Part shown: positions 27,003 through 36,072 of the stretch, in pieces
Position numbering within the stretch: position 1 is the stretch's first letter
Layout: each line of letters starts with the position of its first letter
Assembly (NCBI GenBank): GCA_964415355.1
Contig: CAYPYS010000001.1
Coordinates: forward strand, 1,361-65,360
Direction: 5' to 3'
DNA: 64,000 nt
Origin: an uncultured Planctomycetia bacterium
GTDB lineage: Bacteria; Omnitrophota; Gorgyraeia; Gorgyraeales; Gorgyraeaceae
Position numbers and translations under genes: made by a program
The notes under the pieces: model-generated
Told to the model about the DNA's origin: nothing
Database searches by the model: none
Seen by the model: the letters and a program-made list of their open reading frames with translations, nothing else

Positions 27003-28107
27003 AAACTGCCTGGCCAAGCGCGATGCCGCCGTCGTGCGTTGGAACCCTGTCGTGCAAATACAGCTCGAACCCTGCTGTTTCCAAAATAGGTTTAATGTGG
27101 CTTACCAGGAACTTATTCTGAAACACCCCTCCGCTCAAACAAACTTTATTTATTTTATATTTTTTTCTAAGCAATTCACAAACATCCTTTATCATATGAC
27201 AAACTGCATTATGAAATTTCAATGAGATTTCTGTCTTGCTTTTTTTGTTCTGCAGATCTTTAACAATACCTTTGATAAGAAGTTCCCAGTCTATAATAAT
27301 CTTATCTTTGTCTATATACTTAAATTTATAGAACTCATTGCCGAGGCCTCCTTTTATCGACCTCTCTAATTCTATCGCTGCCTGGCCTTCATACCCTGCA
27401 ACGCTGCAAACTCCTATAATCGAGGAAACTGCATCAAAAAGCCTGCCAATACTTGAAGTCAAAGGCGAATTTATTCTTTTTTCTATGGCTTGGATCAAAA
27501 GATTGACTCTTCTTTTGTCCTGCTTCTTCAAAAAATCTATCTTCAAAGTCTTGAAGCCTGGACCAAATACACTATAAAGATAACTCAAGCCCATTCGCCA
27601 AGGCTCTCTGATCGATGCCTCCCCTCCTGGCATAGGCAGATATTTTAAATGAGCTGTCCTCTTGAATCCTTTTATATTACCTATAAAAAACTCTCCTCCC
27701 CACGCCTCTCCGTCAAGACCAAAACCTGTCCCGTCAAAAGATACGCCTATAACGTCTCCCTTGACGTTGTTATCGACTATGCAGCTGGCTATATGGGCCT
27801 CGTGATGCTGGATCTGTTTTATCCCGCATCCTCCGCGTCTCATAATGTCTTTTGCTAACTTAGAGGAAATATATTCAGGATGCAGATCGCATGCGACGAT
27901 ACCTGGTTTAATCTTCAATTTTCTCTGCAAAGATTTTATGTTCTTCTCAAAAACATTCAAATCTTCCAGACTACTTAGATCTCCTCCGGAACGCGACAGA
28001 TACATAGCCCTGCCCCTGGCAAAGCAAAAGCTACTTTTTGATTGAGCGCCTAATGCGAGAATATTAGAGCTTATTTTACGCAATAAATTAATTTTGATAT
28101 AATTCAT
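26971..28107 (-). CDS. hypF: HypF-like carbamoyltransferase, Kae1-like C-terminal domain only (no acylphosphatase, Zn-finger or YrdC domains)
   Basis: ILALGAQSKSSFCFARG...DLHPEY...QIQHHEAHIAS...GVSFDGTGFGLDGEAWGGEF matches the HypF C-terminal domain. The start is moved to MNYIKI past the repeat-derived MLKCKLRCSLQ. Confidence 0.7.
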   Translation of the reverse strand: MNYIKINLLRKISSNILALGAQSKSSFCFARGRAMYLSRSGGDLSSLEDLNVFEKNIKSLQRKLKIKPGIVACDLHPEYISSKLAKDIMRRGGCGIKQIQHHEAHIASCIVDNNVKGDVIGVSFDGTGFGLDGEAWGGEFFIGNIKGFKRTAHLKYLPMPGGEASIREPWRMGLSYLYSVFGPGFKTLKIDFLKKQDKRRVNLLIQAIEKRINSPLTSSIGRLFDAVSSIIGVCSVAGYEGQAAIELERSIKGGLGNEFYKFKYIDKDKIIIDWELLIKGIVKDLQNKKSKTEISLKFHNAVCHMIKDVCELLRKKYKINKVCLSGGVFQNKFLVSHIKPILETAGFELYLHDRVPTHDGGIALGQAVLTLHFNNVKM

Positions 28108-28120
28108 TTGCAGCGAGCAC

Positions 28121-28159
28121 CTAAGTTTACACTTTAACATTGTTGAAATGTAAAGTTAG
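28121..28159. repeat. 39-bp repeat, copy 16 (B)
   Basis: It lies between the MetE-like gene and hypF-C. Confidence 0.9.
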
Positions 28160-29190
28160 GATAAATTATCTTTTGCCAGCCTGGAGACAATAGAGAGTTT
28201 TTTGATTATAACCTCTGTAAGATCCTGAGAAAGAGTTCCCATCCCACAACTAGGCGTGATTAAAGAGCGGGATATCAATAAATCCCGCGGAATGCCTTTT
28301 CCTTCCAATTTTCCTATTTCTGACGACAGTTTCTGAAAAAGAGAATCCTCTGAGTCCTTTAAAGCTGCTTCGGAAGTGGGAATCTGGCCCCACGCAAGAT
28401 AACCGCCTCTTTTTAAAAATTTCGTTATCTCTCCCGGATACAGCGAAAGCCCTTCGGCATAAGAATAGGCGTCAAAATTTATAATATCCACGTTCGTCTC
28501 TGCGAGAAGCGACCAGTCTGTATTGCCGCAGCAGTGAATACCGCTCAAGGCCCCTTTCGAATGAACCTTATCTATGAGGGCATTCAGCATCAATACGATA
28601 TCCTTCCTCTCAATGTTTACAAAGCTAGAGCCAAAACTAGTAAGGTACGGCTCGTCTATAAATATAATAATATTTTTAAAAACACTGCTCAACTTGTCTA
28701 TTTGCCAGGAAGTCTTTATCTCCAGAAGCTTGACCAGGGCATCTCTAAGCGTCTCGTTATATATGATAGACCTCCCTTTTTCGTCAACAACGCTAAGGCC
28801 AAAACTAACAGGGCCTGTAACATGGCCTTTTACATAACCGGGATTAAATTCTCTGGCAATATCCATAAACGCATAGAGCCCTTCTGCGATATCCTTTGAA
28901 AGACCAAGTGGGTCGTAATTATTGGACATATAGACTTCATACAGCTTGCCCAGGTCCTCGCTTAGATCTTTAGTGCTGTCAACATATATCCTTCTATTCT
29001 CTGCATCTATAACCAGCGACGGCAAACCATTGGCAAACTGGACATACATGTTCTCTTTAAAACCTCTCTTTGGAAGTTGAGGCCAAAATGGTATGTCGAA
29101 TTTAGCGCACGTAATCCTAGCGCTTTCCGAGGCATCGGTATACGGTAAGCTTCCTATTCCAGTTGTGAGAAATTTTCCTTTTATCTTCAT
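28156..29190 (-). CDS. cobalamin-independent methionine synthase (MetE) catalytic-domain-like / UroD-superfamily protein
   Basis: TTGIGSLP is the MetE C-domain start motif. IFIDEPYL and HCCGN motifs follow. The protein is 344 aa. Confidence 0.5.
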   Translation of the reverse strand: MKIKGKFLTTGIGSLPYTDASESARITCAKFDIPFWPQLPKRGFKENMYVQFANGLPSLVIDAENRRIYVDSTKDLSEDLGKLYEVYMSNNYDPLGLSKDIAEGLYAFMDIAREFNPGYVKGHVTGPVSFGLSVVDEKGRSIIYNETLRDALVKLLEIKTSWQIDKLSSVFKNIIIFIDEPYLTSFGSSFVNIERKDIVLMLNALIDKVHSKGALSGIHCCGNTDWSLLAETNVDIINFDAYSYAEGLSLYPGEITKFLKRGGYLAWGQIPTSEAALKDSEDSLFQKLSSEIGKLEGKGIPRDLLISRSLITPSCGMGTLSQDLTEVIIKKLSIVSRLAKDNLS

Positions 29191-29228
29191 GACTATCTAT
29201 TTTAGCACCGCCTCCTCAAGCGGGTCAA

Positions 29229-29268
29229 CTTAACTTTACACTTTAACGTTGTTGAAATGTAAAGTTAG
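29229..29268. repeat. 39-bp repeat, copy 17 (B), first of an inverted tandem pair
   Basis: CTTAACTTTACACTTTAACGTTGTTGAAATGTAAAGTTAG. Confidence 0.9.
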
Positions 29269-29302
29269 CTAAGTTTACTTTTAACAATGTTAAAGTGTAA
29301 AG

Positions 29303-29306
<4 letters not shown>
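29269..29306. repeat. 39-bp repeat, copy 18 (A-like), second of the inverted tandem pair
   Basis: CTAAGTTTACTTTTAACAATGTTAAAGTGTAAAGTTAT. Confidence 0.85.
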
Positions 29307-31357
<2,051 letters not shown>

Positions 31358-31367
31358 ATTGGCAGGC

Positions 31368-31406
31368 CTAACTTTACACTTCAACAATGTTAAAGTGTAA
31401 AGTTAG
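31368..31406. repeat. 39-bp repeat, copy 19 (A), first of an inverted tandem pair
   Basis: It lies between the BioU-candidate gene and bioF. Confidence 0.9.
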
Positions 31407-31444
31407 CTAAGTTTACTTTTAACAATGTTGAAATGTAAAGTTAG
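31407..31444. repeat. 39-bp repeat, copy 20 (B), second of the inverted tandem pair
   Basis: CTAAGTTTACTTTTAACAATGTTGAAATGTAAAGTTAG. Confidence 0.9.
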
Positions 31445-32397
31445 CGCAGGATCATTGGCATGAAGTCAGTGGAACCGAACATGCCGTATATTTTATGTTG
31501 CTTAAGCCATAGCGCGCGCTTCATATACCCGAGGGCAGGACCCACGACATTGGCTGCCATGGATGTCTCGTCGCCAAGTATAAACCTATGGCTAGATTTT
31601 TTACCTTCGAATGTCCTGCCTGTCAGGGTCATCGTCGTAGAAACAGGTTTTTTTGCACACCTCGTATCCATCACGCCGCCCACCGAAACCTTCTTCAGTG
31701 AATCCACGACCCCTGTATTCTTTAGCAATATATCGTCGGCGTGCTCCATTTCGCGAAGCACAAGCTTCCCCTTAGTTCTATCGAGCAGCTTATCGACTTC
31801 TGTGTCTGACATGCGCTTTGCCTTTTCAACCGTGTAACCCGGAAGATGCGCTATATCCTCCCTGATAGTGGCCCTGTACGCGTCCCAATTCGAAATACCA
31901 ACGCCCCACCATATATTCACATCATCGACCTCTGCAAATGACTGGGCTGCGAGAACCGCAGCGGCAGACAAAAGACCAGGCGTCGCGCCACAGCCGGCGA
32001 TATATACGCTATTGTTCTTTTTTAGATCATTGTCCAGCTTCATCATTAATTTAATTGCCGCGGTGCGTTTCAAAGCACACGTATATACGCCGCCATACCC
32101 AGCCTTAATAAACCGCTTCACCACGCCGGGAATGAACTCATTCGGGAGATTCGGAAGCGCCACAAAGACTCCATCGAACTTGTTCTTTAATTTTATAATC
32201 TCTCCTATGGAATCATTTGAGGGTTTGAGATTTTTTAAATCTTTTACGGTAATACCTTTTTGTGAATACAGGAACCCGCCGGAATCACAGATCGCAACCA
32301 CCTTTGCCTCTTTCTTTTTCTCTACGACATCCAGACAGGCCTTGCCTAACCCACCAGCCCCCAAAACCGCAATTTTCATCTCCTTAATCTTCTCCAT
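31441..32397 (-). CDS. NAD(P)-binding Rossmann-fold protein embedded in the bio operon; candidate BioU-type replacement for the missing bioA (inference)
   Basis: A GxGxxG fold is present (KIAVLGAGGLGKA). The gene lies between bioB and bioF on the same strand. The start is moved to MEKIKEM. Confidence 0.5.
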   Translation of the reverse strand: MEKIKEMKIAVLGAGGLGKACLDVVEKKKEAKVVAICDSGGFLYSQKGITVKDLKNLKPSNDSIGEIIKLKNKFDGVFVALPNLPNEFIPGVVKRFIKAGYGGVYTCALKRTAAIKLMMKLDNDLKKNNSVYIAGCGATPGLLSAAAVLAAQSFAEVDDVNIWWGVGISNWDAYRATIREDIAHLPGYTVEKAKRMSDTEVDKLLDRTKGKLVLREMEHADDILLKNTGVVDSLKKVSVGGVMDTRCAKKPVSTTMTLTGRTFEGKKSSHRFILGDETSMAANVVGPALGYMKRALWLKQHKIYGMFGSTDFMPMILR

Positions 32398-32413
32398 GTC
32401 TCCTCCTTTTATC

Positions 32414-32452
32414 CTAACTTTACATTTCAACAATGTTAAAGTGTAAAGTTAG
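32414..32452. repeat. 39-bp repeat, copy 21 (A)
   Basis: It lies between bioB and the BioU-candidate gene. Confidence 0.9.
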
Positions 32453-33426
32453 ATATCAAATCCCAGATCTCTCGCCATCTGTAAATCTTCTTCCACAGAC
32501 CTTCCTCTCGTAGTGAGATACCCTCCTATGATCATACCATTTGCTCCTGCCATGAATGCCATCGCCTGCAAGTCTCGCAGCGCGTGTTCTCTGCCGCCCG
32601 CCACCTTTATAGTCGCCCTGGGCAGCACCAGTCTAAAAACAGCTATTGTCTTCAATATATCAAAAGGCGAAAGCGGCTCAATGCCTTCGAGCGGTGTGCC
32701 CTTGCGCGGATTGAGGATATTCAAGGGAACGCATGTAATACCGAGATTTTTTAAAGCAAAAACAAGAGATATCCTATCATCTTCGCTTTCTCCTAAACCG
32801 ATTACCCCGCCGCAACAAGGATTCAGCCCAACGCCCTTCAGTGTCTCCACCATGCTCAACCTATTCTTATAAAGGTGCGTTGTGCAAATATTTTTATAAA
32901 AATTTTCTGACGTCTCCAGGTTATGATTATATCTATCAATGCCTAATTCTTTTAGCTCTTTCACCATGTCACGCCCAAGACTTCCGAGCGAGCAATCTAC
33001 CTTTATACCAACCTCTCCGCTGATTCTCTTTATGGCCTTTTTAATACTGTCAAATTCTTTTCTCGTCGGCCCCTCTCCGCTGATCACAATGCAAAAATTA
33101 GTCGCGCCAGCCTTCTTGGCCGCCTTAGCCTCTCTGACCATCTCATCTGTGCTAACAAGAGGATAAACCTCGCAACCCGTCTTATATACTGAAGACTGCG
33201 CGCAGAATTTACAATCTTCTGAACAAAGTCCGCTTTTTGCATTTATCAAAGAACAGAAATCCATCTTATTGCCGCAAAATCTGCGCCTCACAGCGTCAGC
33301 CGCATGCATTAAAAAATGCAATTCCTCCCGTCCTGTATCTAGAAGATCCCTTGCCTCTTCAATGCTCAGCTCTTCCCCGGACAATACACTATTTAAAAGA
33401 GAGTTTATTCTACTCATGCACCTCAT
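32449..33426 (-). CDS. bioB: biotin synthase (radical SAM)
   Basis: The CSEDCKFCAQ radical SAM motif and the surrounding BioB core are present. Confidence 0.9.
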   Translation of the reverse strand: MRCMSRINSLLNSVLSGEELSIEEARDLLDTGREELHFLMHAADAVRRRFCGNKMDFCSLINAKSGLCSEDCKFCAQSSVYKTGCEVYPLVSTDEMVREAKAAKKAGATNFCIVISGEGPTRKEFDSIKKAIKRISGEVGIKVDCSLGSLGRDMVKELKELGIDRYNHNLETSENFYKNICTTHLYKNRLSMVETLKGVGLNPCCGGVIGLGESEDDRISLVFALKNLGITCVPLNILNPRKGTPLEGIEPLSPFDILKTIAVFRLVLPRATIKVAGGREHALRDLQAMAFMAGANGMIIGGYLTTRGRSVEEDLQMARDLGFDI

Positions 33427-33435
33427 CGCCTCTGC

Positions 33436-33474
33436 CTAACTTTACATTTTAACGTTGTTGAAATGTAAAGTTAG
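33436..33474. repeat. 39-bp repeat, copy 22 (B)
   Basis: It lies immediately upstream of bioB. Confidence 0.9.
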
Positions 33475-33504
33475 GATCATATAATATTTTATCTCTTATT
33501 GGGT

Positions 33505-33540
33505 AATTGTCAACTTAAGTATAAGATCAAGTTAACAATT
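33505..33540. promoter_or_regulatory. inverted repeat AATTGTCAACTTAAG-N8-CAAGTTAACAATT overlapping the LacI-family gene stop, upstream of the bio operon; operator-like
   Basis: The arms are near-perfect reverse complements. The AATTGT...ACAATT ends resemble LacI/GalR-family operator ends. Confidence 0.35.
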
Positions 33541-34530
33541 CGATTGGCAGGAACTACGCTCTATGAGCTCTGCTGGTAATGCTATTTTTTTGTGACCCTT
33601 GATCCTTTTGGTCATAATCTGCTGCAATGTCTCTGTCGCGATCATAGCCATTTTATGCAAGGGCTGCCTCATGGTAGTGACAGGGACAGGGGAAAAGCTT
33701 AAAGCAAAAGGATTGTCATCGAATCCTATCACTGATATATCGCCAGGTACGCTAATGCCGTTTTCAAGGCAAACCTGTATCGCGCCGACTGCCATCTCGT
33801 CGCTCGCCGCAAATATAGCGGTCGGGGGCTGTTTTAATTTTATAAGCTCTTTGGTAGCTTTTATCGCGGAGTCCCTTCCGAAATCTCCATGCTTTATATA
33901 GTTATCCTTCTTTGTTATCTTATTTTTCTCGAGAGCCCTGATATAGCCATTGAGCCTGTCAATAGCTACCTGAGATTTCAACTCTCCTGTAATAGTCGCT
34001 ATCCTGGAATGTTTTAGTTTAGTCAAGTAATTAACCGCCTCGATGGAAGCATTATAATTATCTATAGCTACACAAGAAACAGGCAGGTCCTTTGTGTAGT
34101 AATTCATAATTACGCACGGCAGGTCCTTCCCAAGCACATCGTCCACCTGATCTTCGTTACCGATAATATCGGAAAAAATCACACCCTCCACAGCCGACGC
34201 GTTCAAAAAACTGTCTCCGTTTGTAATATGCAATAAAAGATCCAGCTTCAGCCTCTCGACTGCAACGCCGACGCCCTGAAGGATCTGCAGGGCATAGAAT
34301 GAATGGAATATATCAGAATATCTCGGAATTATAAGGCCTATAGCGTTATTCTTTTTTGCTGCAAGTCTCTGCGCGCTTACATTTGGCCTGAATTTCAATT
34401 TTTTAATCGCTGCCTCGACTGCCAGTTTATTGGCCTTTTTAACAGACGATAATTTATTTACAACCCGGGAGACCGTTGCTATCGAAACATGCGCTTCCTT
34501 TGCGACGTCTTTTATATTGATATGTCTCAT
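33532..34530 (-). CDS. LacI-family transcriptional regulator
   Basis: N-terminal HTH IKDVAKEAHVSIATVSRVVN with a periplasmic-binding-fold C-domain. Confidence 0.85.
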   Translation of the reverse strand: MRHINIKDVAKEAHVSIATVSRVVNKLSSVKKANKLAVEAAIKKLKFRPNVSAQRLAAKKNNAIGLIIPRYSDIFHSFYALQILQGVGVAVERLKLDLLLHITNGDSFLNASAVEGVIFSDIIGNEDQVDDVLGKDLPCVIMNYYTKDLPVSCVAIDNYNASIEAVNYLTKLKHSRIATITGELKSQVAIDRLNGYIRALEKNKITKKDNYIKHGDFGRDSAIKATKELIKLKQPPTAIFAASDEMAVGAIQVCLENGISVPGDISVIGFDDNPFALSFSPVPVTTMRQPLHKMAMIATETLQQIMTKRIKGHKKIALPAELIERSSCQSNC

Positions 34531-36026
34531 TCTAATCTCTCCCCTTTCTGACCCAATATGCTGGCAGTGACAAATATCAGCAGATTCTTTCTCTCCACGC
34601 TATCCGAGTCTTTTCTGAATAAAGCTCCCAATAATGGCATGTCGCCTAAAACAGGCGTCTTGGTGATCGTATTGGTTCTCGTCTCTTTTATCAGCCCGCC
34701 AAGGACTATTGTGTCCCCGTTCTTCACCACTATATTAGTGGTTAAATTTCTTGTGGTAAATTTAGGAAGTTTGACTTCTCCGCTGAACTCAAACGCATTT
34801 GCAGTCGCCTCGCTTACTTCGGGTCTCAGCGTCATCGTTATTATTTCTTTATCCGAACCCACGCTTGGCGTCACCTTAAGCAAGATCCCCACATCCCTTG
34901 TCTCAAATCCTTGAGGCACATTGATAAACCTCGTTTCCCTCACGCCATCCACGACATCTAAAAAATCACCGTCGTTATTCAGGTCGTTCTTTGTTAATGT
35001 CGGTTCGTATCTGGTCGGATAGACAAACTCATCCACTATCTCTATCGTAGCGGTCTGATTGTTTAAAGTCGTGATCTTTGGCGCGGACAAGGTTTTCAGG
35101 TTTGTCTTCTTTTCAAGCGCGTGCAGGACCGCTGAAAACTGCGGCTTTGTAAGCATGCCTTGATAAGTAAGGTTTAATCCTTCATTAGGCGCTCCTGTAA
35201 ACGCTGAAAAACTCGAACCAGTCCCACCGGCTATCTCAGTCACAGACGTGCCTGCATCTTTATAGATAGGAAAAGAAGTATCCATGGTTAAATTTAATCC
35301 AAACTCGCTTAGATCAGTGACATTTATCTCGACAAACCTTGTTTCTATCAAGACCTGGGTAGCGTCTATATCTAAATTATACAGGATCTCCTCTACGATT
35401 TTTAAATTTGAGGGCGTGTTTGTAATAATCAAAGCGCCTGTCCGATCGTCCAGATTGATCTTTGAATCGCTGGGCCACGAAACAGCATTATCCAGGACAT
35501 CCTTGATGGTATTGACCTTTGAAATACCGGCAGCACCTCCAAATCCACCGCTCAAACCAGCCGTAGGCCCTGAAAACTCAGTAAACATGGCAAGGCCCTG
35601 GTCTAAATAATAAATCCTCGTCTCAGACGCCTCTTCTTGCATCGCATCATAGGTATCGACCCACACTGCATTGTTTTCTATCCTGTATGCCAGGCCTTGA
35701 TGTCTGAATATGTATTTCAAGAGGCTTTCCAAAGACATGTCCTTGACCCTTATGGTGACCTTCTTCTCTTCCGGATCGACGTCTGATCCGAGAATTATAT
35801 TTACCCCTGTTGCCTCAGATAAAAAATCAAGCACATAATCAAGGCTTACGTCTCTAAAATCTACTGTTATGGGGATATCAAGCTTCCCTCTGATCTCAGG
35901 CACCTCTACGATAGAATTCTTCGACTGCGCATCGGTATCCTTTATAAACTTTACCTCATAGGCAGACGCTTCCCGCGCACAACAAATAAAAATAAAGATT
36001 AAAACTACACAACCAATCCTTCTCAT
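34527..36026 (-). CDS. secretin (PilQ/GspD family), short form
   Basis: The C-terminal secretin motif PVLGDMPLLGALFRKDSDSVERKNLLIFVTASIL is present. N-terminal secretin-N/STN-like domains precede it. Confidence 0.8.
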   Translation of the reverse strand: MRRIGCVVLIFIFICCAREASAYEVKFIKDTDAQSKNSIVEVPEIRGKLDIPITVDFRDVSLDYVLDFLSEATGVNIILGSDVDPEEKKVTIRVKDMSLESLLKYIFRHQGLAYRIENNAVWVDTYDAMQEEASETRIYYLDQGLAMFTEFSGPTAGLSGGFGGAAGISKVNTIKDVLDNAVSWPSDSKINLDDRTGALIITNTPSNLKIVEEILYNLDIDATQVLIETRFVEINVTDLSEFGLNLTMDTSFPIYKDAGTSVTEIAGGTGSSFSAFTGAPNEGLNLTYQGMLTKPQFSAVLHALEKKTNLKTLSAPKITTLNNQTATIEIVDEFVYPTRYEPTLTKNDLNNDGDFLDVVDGVRETRFINVPQGFETRDVGILLKVTPSVGSDKEIITMTLRPEVSEATANAFEFSGEVKLPKFTTRNLTTNIVVKNGDTIVLGGLIKETRTNTITKTPVLGDMPLLGALFRKDSDSVERKNLLIFVTASILGQKGERLE

Positions 36027-36034
36027 ATCCCACC

Positions 36035-36072
36035 CTAACTTTACATTTCAACAATGTTAAAGTGTAAAGTTA
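36035..36072. repeat. 39-bp repeat, copy 23 (A)
   Basis: It lies between the two secretin genes. Confidence 0.9.

Noticed and set aside
29191-29230. Putative sigma70 promoter TTGACC-N18-TAAAAT upstream of the MetE-like gene
   Set aside because: The only plausible ribosome-binding site (GAGGAGG) would fall inside the -35/-10 spacer. This leaves an 8-nt leader without a Shine-Dalgarno sequence. The arrangement is not coherent, so it is not reported as a feature.
33475-33519. TTGACA on the complementary strand of the LacI-operator-like repeat as a -35 for bioB
   Set aside because: The best -10 candidate (TATTAT) lies 21 nt away, too far for a standard sigma70 promoter. It is kept only as a note inside the operator finding.
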